A stretch of DNA of 62,966 nucleotides, the filler included, from Licmophora abbreviata (taxonomy: Eukaryota), in assembly GCA_900291995.1 (NCBI GenBank). It is 7 parts of 7 records of this genome, joined end to end, with 100 filler letters (N's around TTAATTAATTAA, not from the genome) between each part and the next. Parts side by side here need not be neighbours in the genome. Positions count along the whole stretch, not along the records: positions 51,861 to 61,656 come from OLMU01002642.1; positions 61,757 to 62,966 come from OLMU01002644.1; 5 more parts are not named here. One strand, given 5' to 3'. Shown here piece by piece: positions 55,185 to 62,966 of this stretch. Both the position numbers and the translations under genes were made by a program. Within the stretch, counting starts at the first letter, position 1. Every line of letters starts with the position of its first letter. The notes under the pieces are model-generated. The model had not been told where the DNA came from and searched no databases. It saw nothing but the letters and a program-made list of their open reading frames with translations.

Positions 55185-57482
55185 CTATTGCCTTCGCTTT
55201 TTTCTGACGCGCTTCTTTGCTAGATCGACAGTCATCTTCAACAGCGACCGGAAACTTGACCTCTCACTTTCATTTTGGGCGTCAAGATTGGAAATGCCAC
55301 TACGAAGGGTGCTGAGATCCTCCTCAAGTGCAGCAATAGCTTCGTCGCGGTCGTCGATCTTATCTAGATAGGTATCCAGCAAGTCTGATTTCTGCTTGAC
55401 CATGGCCTCAGTGTAAGCATTCACGTTGAGAAGCACCCCGTTCTCTTCAGCGAGCTTCGAGACCTGTTTTCTCATTTGATCTGCATCATCGGCTTCCACC
55501 TTGAGACGAGAAACATCGTTTGTCAACGACGTGATTCTATCCTTGTACAAGTTGTCCAGTCTAACTGCCTCAGCCTGCCCCTTGAGTTTCTCTTCTTGCC
55601 ATAGCTCAGTCATCTCGGACTGAACAGACTCGTATCGCTCTTGCATGTCCGTTGTTGTCTGTCGCAGAGCTTCCTCACCTCGTGCAATCTCAGCTTCCAG
55701 CCGTTGCTTCTCCGTTGCCGCTAAATTCTTCTCCTTTGCAAGCAGCTCCTCCATTTCCGCTACTTTGGATTTTTGTTCGACCAGAGAACTTTCCAATGAC
55801 TGCGTCAACTGGCGGCTCTTCTCTCGTTCCATTTCCAGTTCCTCGGTAAGCTTGTTCGCCTTCGCAATCTTAAAGACAATTCTCATTTCCATATCCTCTG
55901 CCGTTTCGTTCATAGTCTTCTCGCGGCTCTCCGAAAGAGTCGCCAATTCTCTTAGTTGGAGGCTGGCCTCTTGCGCTTTTGTTTCTAGTCTCAGCTTGTC
56001 GACTTCATACTGCTTCTGCTCCTTGTCAAGCTGTTGTTCAAGCTTCTGAATCTGTACGGTCTGCGCGCTCACTGTCCGCTTGAGTTCCCTCTTGGCACGG
56101 CTGAGATCGTTAGCTTCGTCGCTCTTGAGCGACAAGTGTTGCTGTTCCGCAGTCAGAAGACGTTCAGCCTGTCCGAGGGACGTTTGTAGCGAGCGCTTCT
56201 CTCTGCGATATAACTTTCGTTCTATCTCTAACTGATTGCTGAGATCGTTGACTCTGGAAATTTCTTCCGTCAGACGAGTCTCCCAATCGTCGAGATCTTG
56301 ACGACGGCTCTCCAACCCAGTAATGTTGGTTGCGTACTCGGACTGAATAGCTGCAATCGTTTCGGCCTGCTCTGCAATGGCGGCGTTGAGTTCTGACTCT
56401 TTGGATATAAATTCTGCTTCTTGCCGCAAGAGTCGATTCTCTAGCTCCGTCTTTTCCAGCTTGTATTGGTCTTGTGACGTTGACAATTTGAACTGCATCT
56501 CGTCCAGCATGTTTGATTGCTTCTCGACTGTCTGCGCAAGGGCCTGTTCCCTCTTCTGAAATTCACTTTCTTGTTTCGCCAGCTGTCGCTCCATGTCAAT
56601 CAATTTCCTTGTGTAGGCATCAATTTCGTCGTCGAGCTCCTGGCGCTCGCGATTGAAGTGCACGTCGTTCACTGTCATTTCCTTGTCAAAACTGGATAAC
56701 CTCGACTTGAGCTCTTTCAATTCCGTTTGCAGTTGCTCCTTTTCCCTTTCGAATCTCATTTGTTCAAATTCGTATTGATCTGCTGCATCCTCGAGTCTAG
56801 TCCGGAGCGCCTCGGCTTTTTGCTGTTCCAACAGGAGCGCTTTCTCTGTCTGATTGAGCTCGAGTCGAAGCTCATCCACCTCTTTCTCCAATGTGACATT
56901 TTGCTGCAAAGCCCCCTCGTAAGTCTGATTCCCATCCGACGATGAAACCAACATCAGTCCGTCCAACTCTTCGACCCGAGAGTTCAAGGTGTTCTTCTCC
57001 TTCTCCCACGCTTTTTGATTTCTGACTAGTTTTCGTTCCTTTGCTGCCAACTGTGACTGCGTCTTGAGAAGGCTAGCTTGCAGTTCCTCTATCAGCACCT
57101 CTGCCTCAGCAGCTTGCTTTGCTGCCGCTTCCACTTCATGCTGCAGGGGGTCGAGCTTGGATGTGCTGTCATTCTTGAGAGCAATAGTCTTCAAAGTGTC
57201 CGATTTGACCTTTTTCGTGTTGGTGCTGTGCACCCCAGTCGCAAGTTTCGTCGTTTCATTCTTTTTCTTTCTAGTCTTTTTCTTTTGTGCGGCCGACTGA
57301 TTCTTGCCCTGACTATTGCGGGGAGTAGCTCCAAGTACCACGGAGGAGGAGATGTGAGACGTCGGTAGATAAGCTGGGCGAGGTGACGATGTGTGGCGTG
57401 AAGTGAAGCCATGGATAATGACACCTGATCTACACAGCAACAGCAACAACAAGGTGAAAGGAGCCAGCCTTTGGCTCTTCAT
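55185..57482 (-). CDS. Plastid-targeted long coiled-coil protein (paralogue B)
   Basis: Signal peptide MKSQRLAPFTLLLLLLCRSGVIIHG|F; over 600 aa of coiled coil; shares EFEQMRFE.EK..L, RYE....EM..L and SSFR.......KKR blocks with paralogue A. Confidence 0.85.
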   Translation of the reverse strand: MKSQRLAPFTLLLLLLCRSGVIIHGFTSRHTSSPRPAYLPTSHISSSVVLGATPRNSQGKNQSAAQKKKTRKKKNETTKLATGVHSTNTKKVKSDTLKTIALKNDSTSKLDPLQHEVEAAAKQAAEAEVLIEELQASLLKTQSQLAAKERKLVRNQKAWEKEKNTLNSRVEELDGLMLVSSSDGNQTYEGALQQNVTLEKEVDELRLELNQTEKALLLEQQKAEALRTRLEDAADQYEFEQMRFEREKEQLQTELKELKSRLSSFDKEMTVNDVHFNRERQELDDEIDAYTRKLIDMERQLAKQESEFQKREQALAQTVEKQSNMLDEMQFKLSTSQDQYKLEKTELENRLLRQEAEFISKESELNAAIAEQAETIAAIQSEYATNITGLESRRQDLDDWETRLTEEISRVNDLSNQLEIERKLYRREKRSLQTSLGQAERLLTAEQQHLSLKSDEANDLSRAKRELKRTVSAQTVQIQKLEQQLDKEQKQYEVDKLRLETKAQEASLQLRELATLSESREKTMNETAEDMEMRIVFKIAKANKLTEELEMEREKSRQLTQSLESSLVEQKSKVAEMEELLAKEKNLAATEKQRLEAEIARGEEALRQTTTDMQERYESVQSEMTELWQEEKLKGQAEAVRLDNLYKDRITSLTNDVSRLKVEADDADQMRKQVSKLAEENGVLLNVNAYTEAMVKQKSDLLDTYLDKIDDRDEAIAALEEDLSTLRSGISNLDAQNESERSSFRSLLKMTVDLAKKRVRKKRRQ

Positions 57483-57718
57483 GGGCAGTAATTCTTCAAT
57501 TTGAACTATACTGGTGAACTAGTGTCGATGAAACCCTTCTTGTGTTGTCCTGTGTTGCTGTTGTGACACAGACCATCTGGAATCTGCATGCAGTGCACTG
57601 TGAATTGAATTCCAATCGATGAGGCGTGCTGGCTTTCTCACCCGTTGCGTATCATTCTACGAAAGACGGGTAGTAGCAACGAGATACTTAAGAATGCTGA
57701 GATGGGCGCGCGCGTGTC

Positions 57719-59206
57719 ATGACACTCTCACAAAAATGGCTGCGCCTTGTAAAACCGGCGAGGTGCTCTGATGATGCGACCAAAAGACAGCGACAGGATG
57801 TCGTCGCCATGACTGAGGAGCAAGGTGCCGCTTCTCCCCCTACATTTTGGTGGGAATCGCTTCAGGGGGAGTGCCCGATTACTCTGGAGCCATTATCTTC
57901 TCTCCCCTATCCACCGTTTCTTCTGAAGTCGGCTGAGGATGACAATGGTGACCCGCCGAACTCACAACAAACAAGTGTGTCCTACTTTGATGGCATGGCG
58001 TTGGCCTCCTACATTGTCTCGCGGGGAGTCTTTCAAAATCCCTTAACCCGCCAACAGCTGAGATGGGAGGACTGCCGACGACTGGATAAGTACGTTGCGC
58101 ACTATCGACATGATGTATTGCATCCACAACAGATTGTGAGTGTCTGCGAAGCTTTCGGACTGCGCGAAGCAGTGCGTGTCAAACAGCACCGCCCCAACAA
58201 CAGCAGTGACACAAGTGAGGCATCGAGACGACGAGCAGAAGCCCTCCGAAGCGAAGCATCCATTGCGATGCGCCACTTGTTTGTTTTTGGTCGTGCTAGG
58301 AATAGAAGAGAGAATAATCATCCGAGTGCTGACTTGCAAAGAGGTCGTCCTTGTTCGGATGTTACTCCTGACAGCGGACCCCGCGGTGGCTTTGACCTTC
58401 ACGGGGGCTTCCCTGTCGATAGAGCAGTACAAGAGATGGATGGTTTACAAATCATTGATGATGATGAAGCACATGTGTCACAGGTGGAGCGAGAAGCATA
58501 TGAGGAGCAGCAACAAGCGTTTCCGCCCCTGACTTACGCAATCACTGAACCAACCGCTGGGACCGTCGTCGAACCTGATGCAGACTTTCTGCAGCATGTT
58601 AGACAGACTGCTGTGCAGACGCGAAAAGAGGACATTCACAACAGGCAGATCATGATTCAAGCGCGTCGTCGAATGATCGAGGAGGCAAGAAGACGTCAAG
58701 AGGAACGAAAGCAGATTCGAGATACGCGAGCTGAGAAACTTCAGCTGATTCACCGTGAGCAACTGGCTAATCAAGAGGAAATAGTGCAGGCCCGAGCGGA
58801 AATTGAACAATGGAGAGCGCAACAATGGGAAAAGTTGCGACAATTGGCAGATGAGGCGGATGCGAAGTCTGCTGTCGTACGGGCTCAAACCTCCGTGCCA
58901 GAATATCATAGAGACGACCTAACGACGCTACCAGCTGTCGACGAGGAAAGCACCAACGCCAAACGAGTAGCGAAAAAGGCGGCGAAGAGACGAAGGGCTC
59001 GAGAACGAAAGAAGACGAAGAATGACCATGAACGCGAGCTAGCTCTCAAACAGGAGGAAAGCGATGCGGTGGAGAAGCGCAAGGCACAATCTACAGTCAA
59101 ATGCGACGCCTGTGGCTGTGGCATCTTGGGAGCCGGCTTTGAAAAGTTTGGCCGTCGATTCTGTTCCCCAAAGTGCGCTCGAGCAGGACCGACAGTGTCG
59201 TCCTAA
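57719..59206 (+). CDS. U-box/RING-like N-terminal domain + coiled coil + C-terminal treble-clef zinc finger protein
   Basis: ECPITLEPL...YFDG.ALASYI...FQNPLTRQ.L (U-box-like); C-terminal CDACG..ILG..FE.FG..FCSPKC. Confidence 0.7.
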   Translation: MTLSQKWLRLVKPARCSDDATKRQRQDVVAMTEEQGAASPPTFWWESLQGECPITLEPLSSLPYPPFLLKSAEDDNGDPPNSQQTSVSYFDGMALASYIVSRGVFQNPLTRQQLRWEDCRRLDKYVAHYRHDVLHPQQIVSVCEAFGLREAVRVKQHRPNNSSDTSEASRRRAEALRSEASIAMRHLFVFGRARNRRENNHPSADLQRGRPCSDVTPDSGPRGGFDLHGGFPVDRAVQEMDGLQIIDDDEAHVSQVEREAYEEQQQAFPPLTYAITEPTAGTVVEPDADFLQHVRQTAVQTRKEDIHNRQIMIQARRRMIEEARRRQEERKQIRDTRAEKLQLIHREQLANQEEIVQARAEIEQWRAQQWEKLRQLADEADAKSAVVRAQTSVPEYHRDDLTTLPAVDEESTNAKRVAKKAAKRRRARERKKTKNDHERELALKQEESDAVEKRKAQSTVKCDACGCGILGAGFEKFGRRFCSPKCARAGPTVSS

Positions 59207-59232
59207 TCGTTGACAACCGAAGCATCCATTTA

Positions 59233-59790
59233 CTAACGTAGCCCTTTCACCATGATGTAGTCGTTCTCGATCTGTTGACCAACTCGAAACTTCTTACTGC
59301 CAACAATTTGAAACTGGTGTTTCCTGTAAAACCCTATCGCCCGATGGTTCCTCTTATTGGTACTCAGCCAGATAGAACGACAGACCAGATCACTCGCAAG
59401 AGCTAACGCGGCGTTCATCAGCATAGTCGACACGCCATCCCCATGGTGTTTGGACTCTACAAATATCTTGGACAGCTCCATCGTCGGCCGGGTCTCGACC
59501 ATTCGCGGGACATTCTGATCGTCACTCTCTCGCTTTCGAAGGATAGAGTAGCCGACGATTCGATCATCCACGAGTGCAACGAAGACAGCACGGTCAGGAT
59601 CGGCAATAAATTCGTAAAAACGAGCCTTCGACAGGTTGTCGTCGATGAAGGCTGCAATACTGTCGGGCGTCAAGGAAGGCGGGCATGCCAGAGGAAACGT
59701 CCGCGCAGCAACCTTCACCAGTTCGTCCATGTCTGCAGGCTCCGCTCTTTTCACGTGCATCAGGCGATGTCCCGAACTATGTGCCTTCAT
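59233..59790 (-). CDS. GNAT-family N-acetyltransferase (PaiA-like), bacterial-type, intronless
   Basis: AARTFPLACPP...IAAFI..NLS...F..IADP; IVGYS; ELSKIFV...HHG.GV...LM (motif A); IWL.TN..N.RAI.FY.KH.F...G...F.VG..IE.DY.M (motif B). Confidence 0.9.
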   Translation of the reverse strand: MKAHSSGHRLMHVKRAEPADMDELVKVAARTFPLACPPSLTPDSIAAFIDDNLSKARFYEFIADPDRAVFVALVDDRIVGYSILRKRESDDQNVPRMVETRPTMELSKIFVESKHHGDGVSTMLMNAALALASDLVCRSIWLSTNKRNHRAIGFYRKHQFQIVGSKKFRVGQQIENDYIMVKGLR

Positions 59791-59920
59791 CGCTCATCTC
59801 TTCTCGTTCTGCAACACCGCATTATCCTCCCTCTAGCAGTAAGTAGCATCATCATGGTCCTTGATTTTTTTTGAATTTGGGCAAAATTCGATCCGTTTTT
59901 TGTTTTTTCAACGAGTCTAC

Positions 59921-59942
59921 CTCGACTCACTCGACTCGACTC
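59921..59942 (+). promoter_or_regulatory. Candidate cis-element cluster CTCGACTCACTCGACTCGACTC in a divergent intergenic region
   Basis: Exact GACTCACTCGAC at 59924-59935, about 215 nt upstream of ATG 60151. Confidence 0.4.
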
Positions 59943-60150
59943 ATCTTGGCGACATTGAACATCAGCCCACAATGACACAACGAGCATGTCGGCAGTCGGT
60001 GATGAGGATTGGAAACTGTTCTCCCTCTCTTGTTTCGTTACACAGCAAAGCGAGTCGTTTCGAGCACAGGGGAATCATCCGAGACGCTCGTCTCGTTTAT
60101 CATTGGTTTTGGCTGAGAAGCTTCGAAGGAGTGAACGAGATTGACCATCA

Positions 60151-61656
60151 ATGACTCCTCCGCCGGTTGCCTGTACAGAAAGTCATCCTCAGCCGTCTCG
60201 ACGGCGGGGGCGGCATTCTTTCGGAAGATGTGGCGCTCCATTGTTGGTTTTTGTTATCCTTGGGGCTGTTGGGTGGGGCTGGGCAGCACTGGACTTGCCC
60301 TCTGCCACATCGAGACGCCTCTCGGAGTCAATGGTGCAGCCGAAACGAATCTTGTACATCATGACGACGCTCGCCGAGTACAATACAGGTGGCAGGTCTA
60401 CAGTCAAGGGCTCCGATCGTCTGCAAGAAACTCTCATACCAGTCCTGGTGGAAGGAGTCGACAGCATGCTCTCATTTGGATACGAGGTGGATGTCTACAT
60501 CGTATGCCACTATACGATGCAACCGGAGCGTCTCCAGCTCATTCAGGACAAGCTTCCGCCCACAGTCAATTTGGAGGTCTGGGATGATGCAACGCCTTTG
60601 GGTTACAAATTGGAAGAGAAGAATTCAAAGGCAATGGACTATATTACTCGAGGGCTTGCGCGTCAGCATCGTTTTGTCATCAAAGACCGGCTTCTGGAAT
60701 ACGACGTCTTTGTCAACTTTGAAGACGACATGCTCATTACGGGCGCTCATGTCCAGAATTATGTCGAAATGACAAACGAGCTGCTGCAATTGCGTGCCAA
60801 TGCTCCCCCCGAGCTGCCAAGGGATTATGATCACATTCCGAAGGGCAAGCTTGCCAATGAGTACGACGGTCCCTTGAGTCAGGCACAGCTCAAACGAATG
60901 CTTCCTGGATTCGCAAGAGTCGAAGTAATGCTGGACGAGGCGAATTTCGGTTCGCAACCGCAACTCGATCCGGTTCCCGTCGATTTGGAGAACGCTACTT
61001 TGTCTGTAGATCCGCAGCCCTGCTGTCACGTTTCTAACAAGACGTCTAACGAACACATGCCCATGACGCCAACGTCTGACAAATTGATAGTGTGGGAAAC
61101 GGCCATCGATGCGCTGGGCGTGCGAGAAATGCCCACCAATTCATCTCTAGGATGGGTCATGATGCAGCGCGGTCCCAACTACGACAAAGTCGAAAAGCCG
61201 CTAATCATTGGGGACTATTGGTCCAGACGGGCTTTGCCAAACAACAAGGAACGTCGGCCTCAACCCAATCTGGGGCAGTACGTGAACAATCAAGGAGGCT
61301 GGATGGCGACGAGGCAGCAGATATGGGAATGGCACACGGAGGTGTGCCCTGGCGGATTCCTGCCACCATACGATGCCCCACACTATAACCTTGATGGACT
61401 AGACTTGCGGAACGTTGAGTACTGGTCGGGTGGTCTTAGCTTGGTTACATATCTCCACGCCTGCAACCTGCAGCGCATCATAAGCCTCGATCCTTCAAGA
61501 TTCTCGCGACAGCTGCTCTATCACACAGCCAACAACAAACAACGACAACTACATGGCAGAACAGACCGCTTTGTCAAACTGAACAATTTGCTGGGGCAGT
61601 TGAATACGGTACGGAAACATGCGCAAGCGGAACAAACGGCCGCTTCGAAAAAGAAA
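60151..61656 (+). CDS. Type II membrane protein, glycosyltransferase-A-like hypothetical; 3' end cut by the linker
   Basis: N-terminal TM LLVFVILGAVGWGWAAL; YDVFVNFEDDMLI (DxD-like after a hydrophobic strand); NNQGGWMAT; LLYHTANNK. Confidence 0.65.
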
Positions 61657-61756
61657 NNNNNNNNNNNNNNNNNNNNNNNNNNNNNNNNNNNNNNNNNNNN
61701 TTAATTAATTAANNNNNNNNNNNNNNNNNNNNNNNNNNNNNNNNNNNNNNNNNNNN
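61657..61756. other. Artificial contig linker
   Basis: N44-TTAATTAATTAA-N44. Confidence 0.98.
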
Positions 61757-62963
61757 CAACAGGTGCGCTGCATCCTGGGCAGGGCTTTGTGTTCTGTACG
61801 AAATATAATTGAATGTATGAGTGAGTATCAGAACAGAAACGAGAGCGACGGCGGGTTCTGAAGCGCACCTTCTTGATCCAGAACTTTGACGAGCCAAATA
61901 TCCTGTTCCACTCGTCAAAGTCGCTGCAGCGAGCTGGTACATGGGGCACCTCGCCACACTCATAACAAAAGCATTCCTGACAGCTCTCGCACTTGTACGG
62001 CGTCGCAGTCATCCGCGTCGGCGTGCGAACGACCATGTTGCAATCCGTACCAGGGCAGAACCGATGCATTCGATCTCGTTCGACGAAGTGTCTCAGCAAC
62101 GACTTCCTCCACTTCGGGACAAAATCTGGAGCGACTCCTTTGATGTCTACACCAGTTACGCGTTCAGTGCATGCCTGACTGGGGCATGTTGCACTCAGGA
62201 TTAGCATTGGGCCCTCGAGAAACCGATTCTCAACATATCCGTGCCAGCAGTCAACGCAGAAGCGATGCCCGCACGGAAGTGCGTAGGTGGTTGCAGTGTC
62301 AAGTTCATCGTCGTAACATATCCCACACGAGAAGGTAGACTCGTTGTTGTTCACTTCAATATCTGAAAACTCGTAATTGGCGTGACATCGACTCTGGATG
62401 CCGCACTTCTCCATGGTTCTATCAGGATTGGCTTGAAGCGTTGCCGTTGCGGTCGCGAGATCGAAGTCAAAGTCGTGCAAGAGCACCGATGCCGCGCTTG
62501 AGGTGATATGCAACGTATTCGAGAGATTGCCAATGCGCTTGTTGAGCTCTTCCGTGATATCGTGTACACCAGCGTCTTCGGAGAAATCGGTGAACACTAG
62601 TGTCCCTCCCGGATCAGTATCCACCCGAACAAGTTTTCCTGACTCAAGCCCACTTACAAGCGACTTGCCCATCTTTGCAACTACAGCATCAGAGTCACTA
62701 CTGAGAAAGCCACCAATGTGGTACGCCGCGAGTGGGTCTGTTGTGAACAGCAGCTCGTCTGCCCACCGTGCCGAGGCTATACGGGCGGAAGGAGATTCAC
62801 AACACGCCGCCGCCATGAGCGCTGGCAATAAGAACGAAGTGTCGATGTCGGAGTTACATTCTGCAGACATCTTCGACTTGAATGTAGAAAGAAGCGCATT
62901 GAGACACTGCGAGACCCAAGCCTGCATGATCCCGTCTTCGTAAAGTGCACATCGGAACAACAT
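61757..62963 (-). CDS. Internal fragment of an Ariadne-type RBR E3 ubiquitin ligase with an upstream HEAT-like region
   Basis: UBA-like ASVLLHDFDFD; RING1 CGICYD...LPCGHRFCVDCW..Y....CP...C; IBR FCPGTDC...C..C..FCYECG..PH.P..C..W; 75-nt intron 61868-61794; RING2 start NTKPCPGC; truncated at both ends. Confidence 0.88.
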
Positions 62964-62966
62964 GAT

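Noticed and set aside
53066..57482. Coiled-coil genes considered as myosin, SMC or kinesin
   Set aside because: No motor or ATPase motifs, and both carry plastid presequences.
14037..61756. Six identical TTAATTAATTAA elements flanked by Ns, resembling a dispersed repeat or TTAA transposon target
   Set aside because: The exact N44-12-N44 structure is a synthetic six-frame-stop linker; ORFs containing X runs are artefacts.
1..62966. rRNA, tRNA, integrase, transposase or reverse transcriptase, and bacterial operon structure
   Set aside because: None recognised by eye. Small structured RNAs such as snoRNAs could be missed without a covariance-model search.

Overview
Eukaryotic nuclear DNA, almost certainly a diatom or close ochrophyte. 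The evidence is dense genes, short GT-AG introns (75-201 nt) and at least seven proteins with bipartite plastid presequences (signal peptide plus an ASAF/AFAP-type motif). The window is not contiguous: it is seven assembly pieces (1-14036, 14137-23365, 23466-25335, 25436-31855, 31956-51760, 51861-61656, 61757-62966) joined by artificial 100-nt linkers (N44-TTAATTAATTAA-N44), so adjacency across linkers carries no information. About 35 protein genes can be modelled. Many are recognisable housekeeping genes: ValRS, MetRS, ERG8-type phosphomevalonate kinase, coproporphyrinogen oxidase, DTD, eIF3j, TRMO, DDAH, OPA3, cysteine synthase, EndoG and a peroxisomal enoyl-CoA isomerase. The most notable observations are: (1) a DEG/ENaC/ASIC-family ion channel gene among diatom-type genes, with an apparent 1-nt frameshift; (2) a spliced galectin-domain + RRM fusion; (3) an ECM29-like HEAT segment fused to an Ariadne RBR E3 ligase; (4) two tandem paralogous plastid-targeted filament-like coiled-coil proteins; (5) an intronless actinobacterial-looking GNAT; (6) a cryptic CENP-K homologue; (7) a histidine-phosphatase-fold protein with RYG replacing the catalytic RHG; and (8) a recurrent upstream motif GACTCACTCGAC. 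No rRNA, tRNA, CRISPR or intact transposon was recognised. All family assignments come from motif recognition by eye, not database searches.
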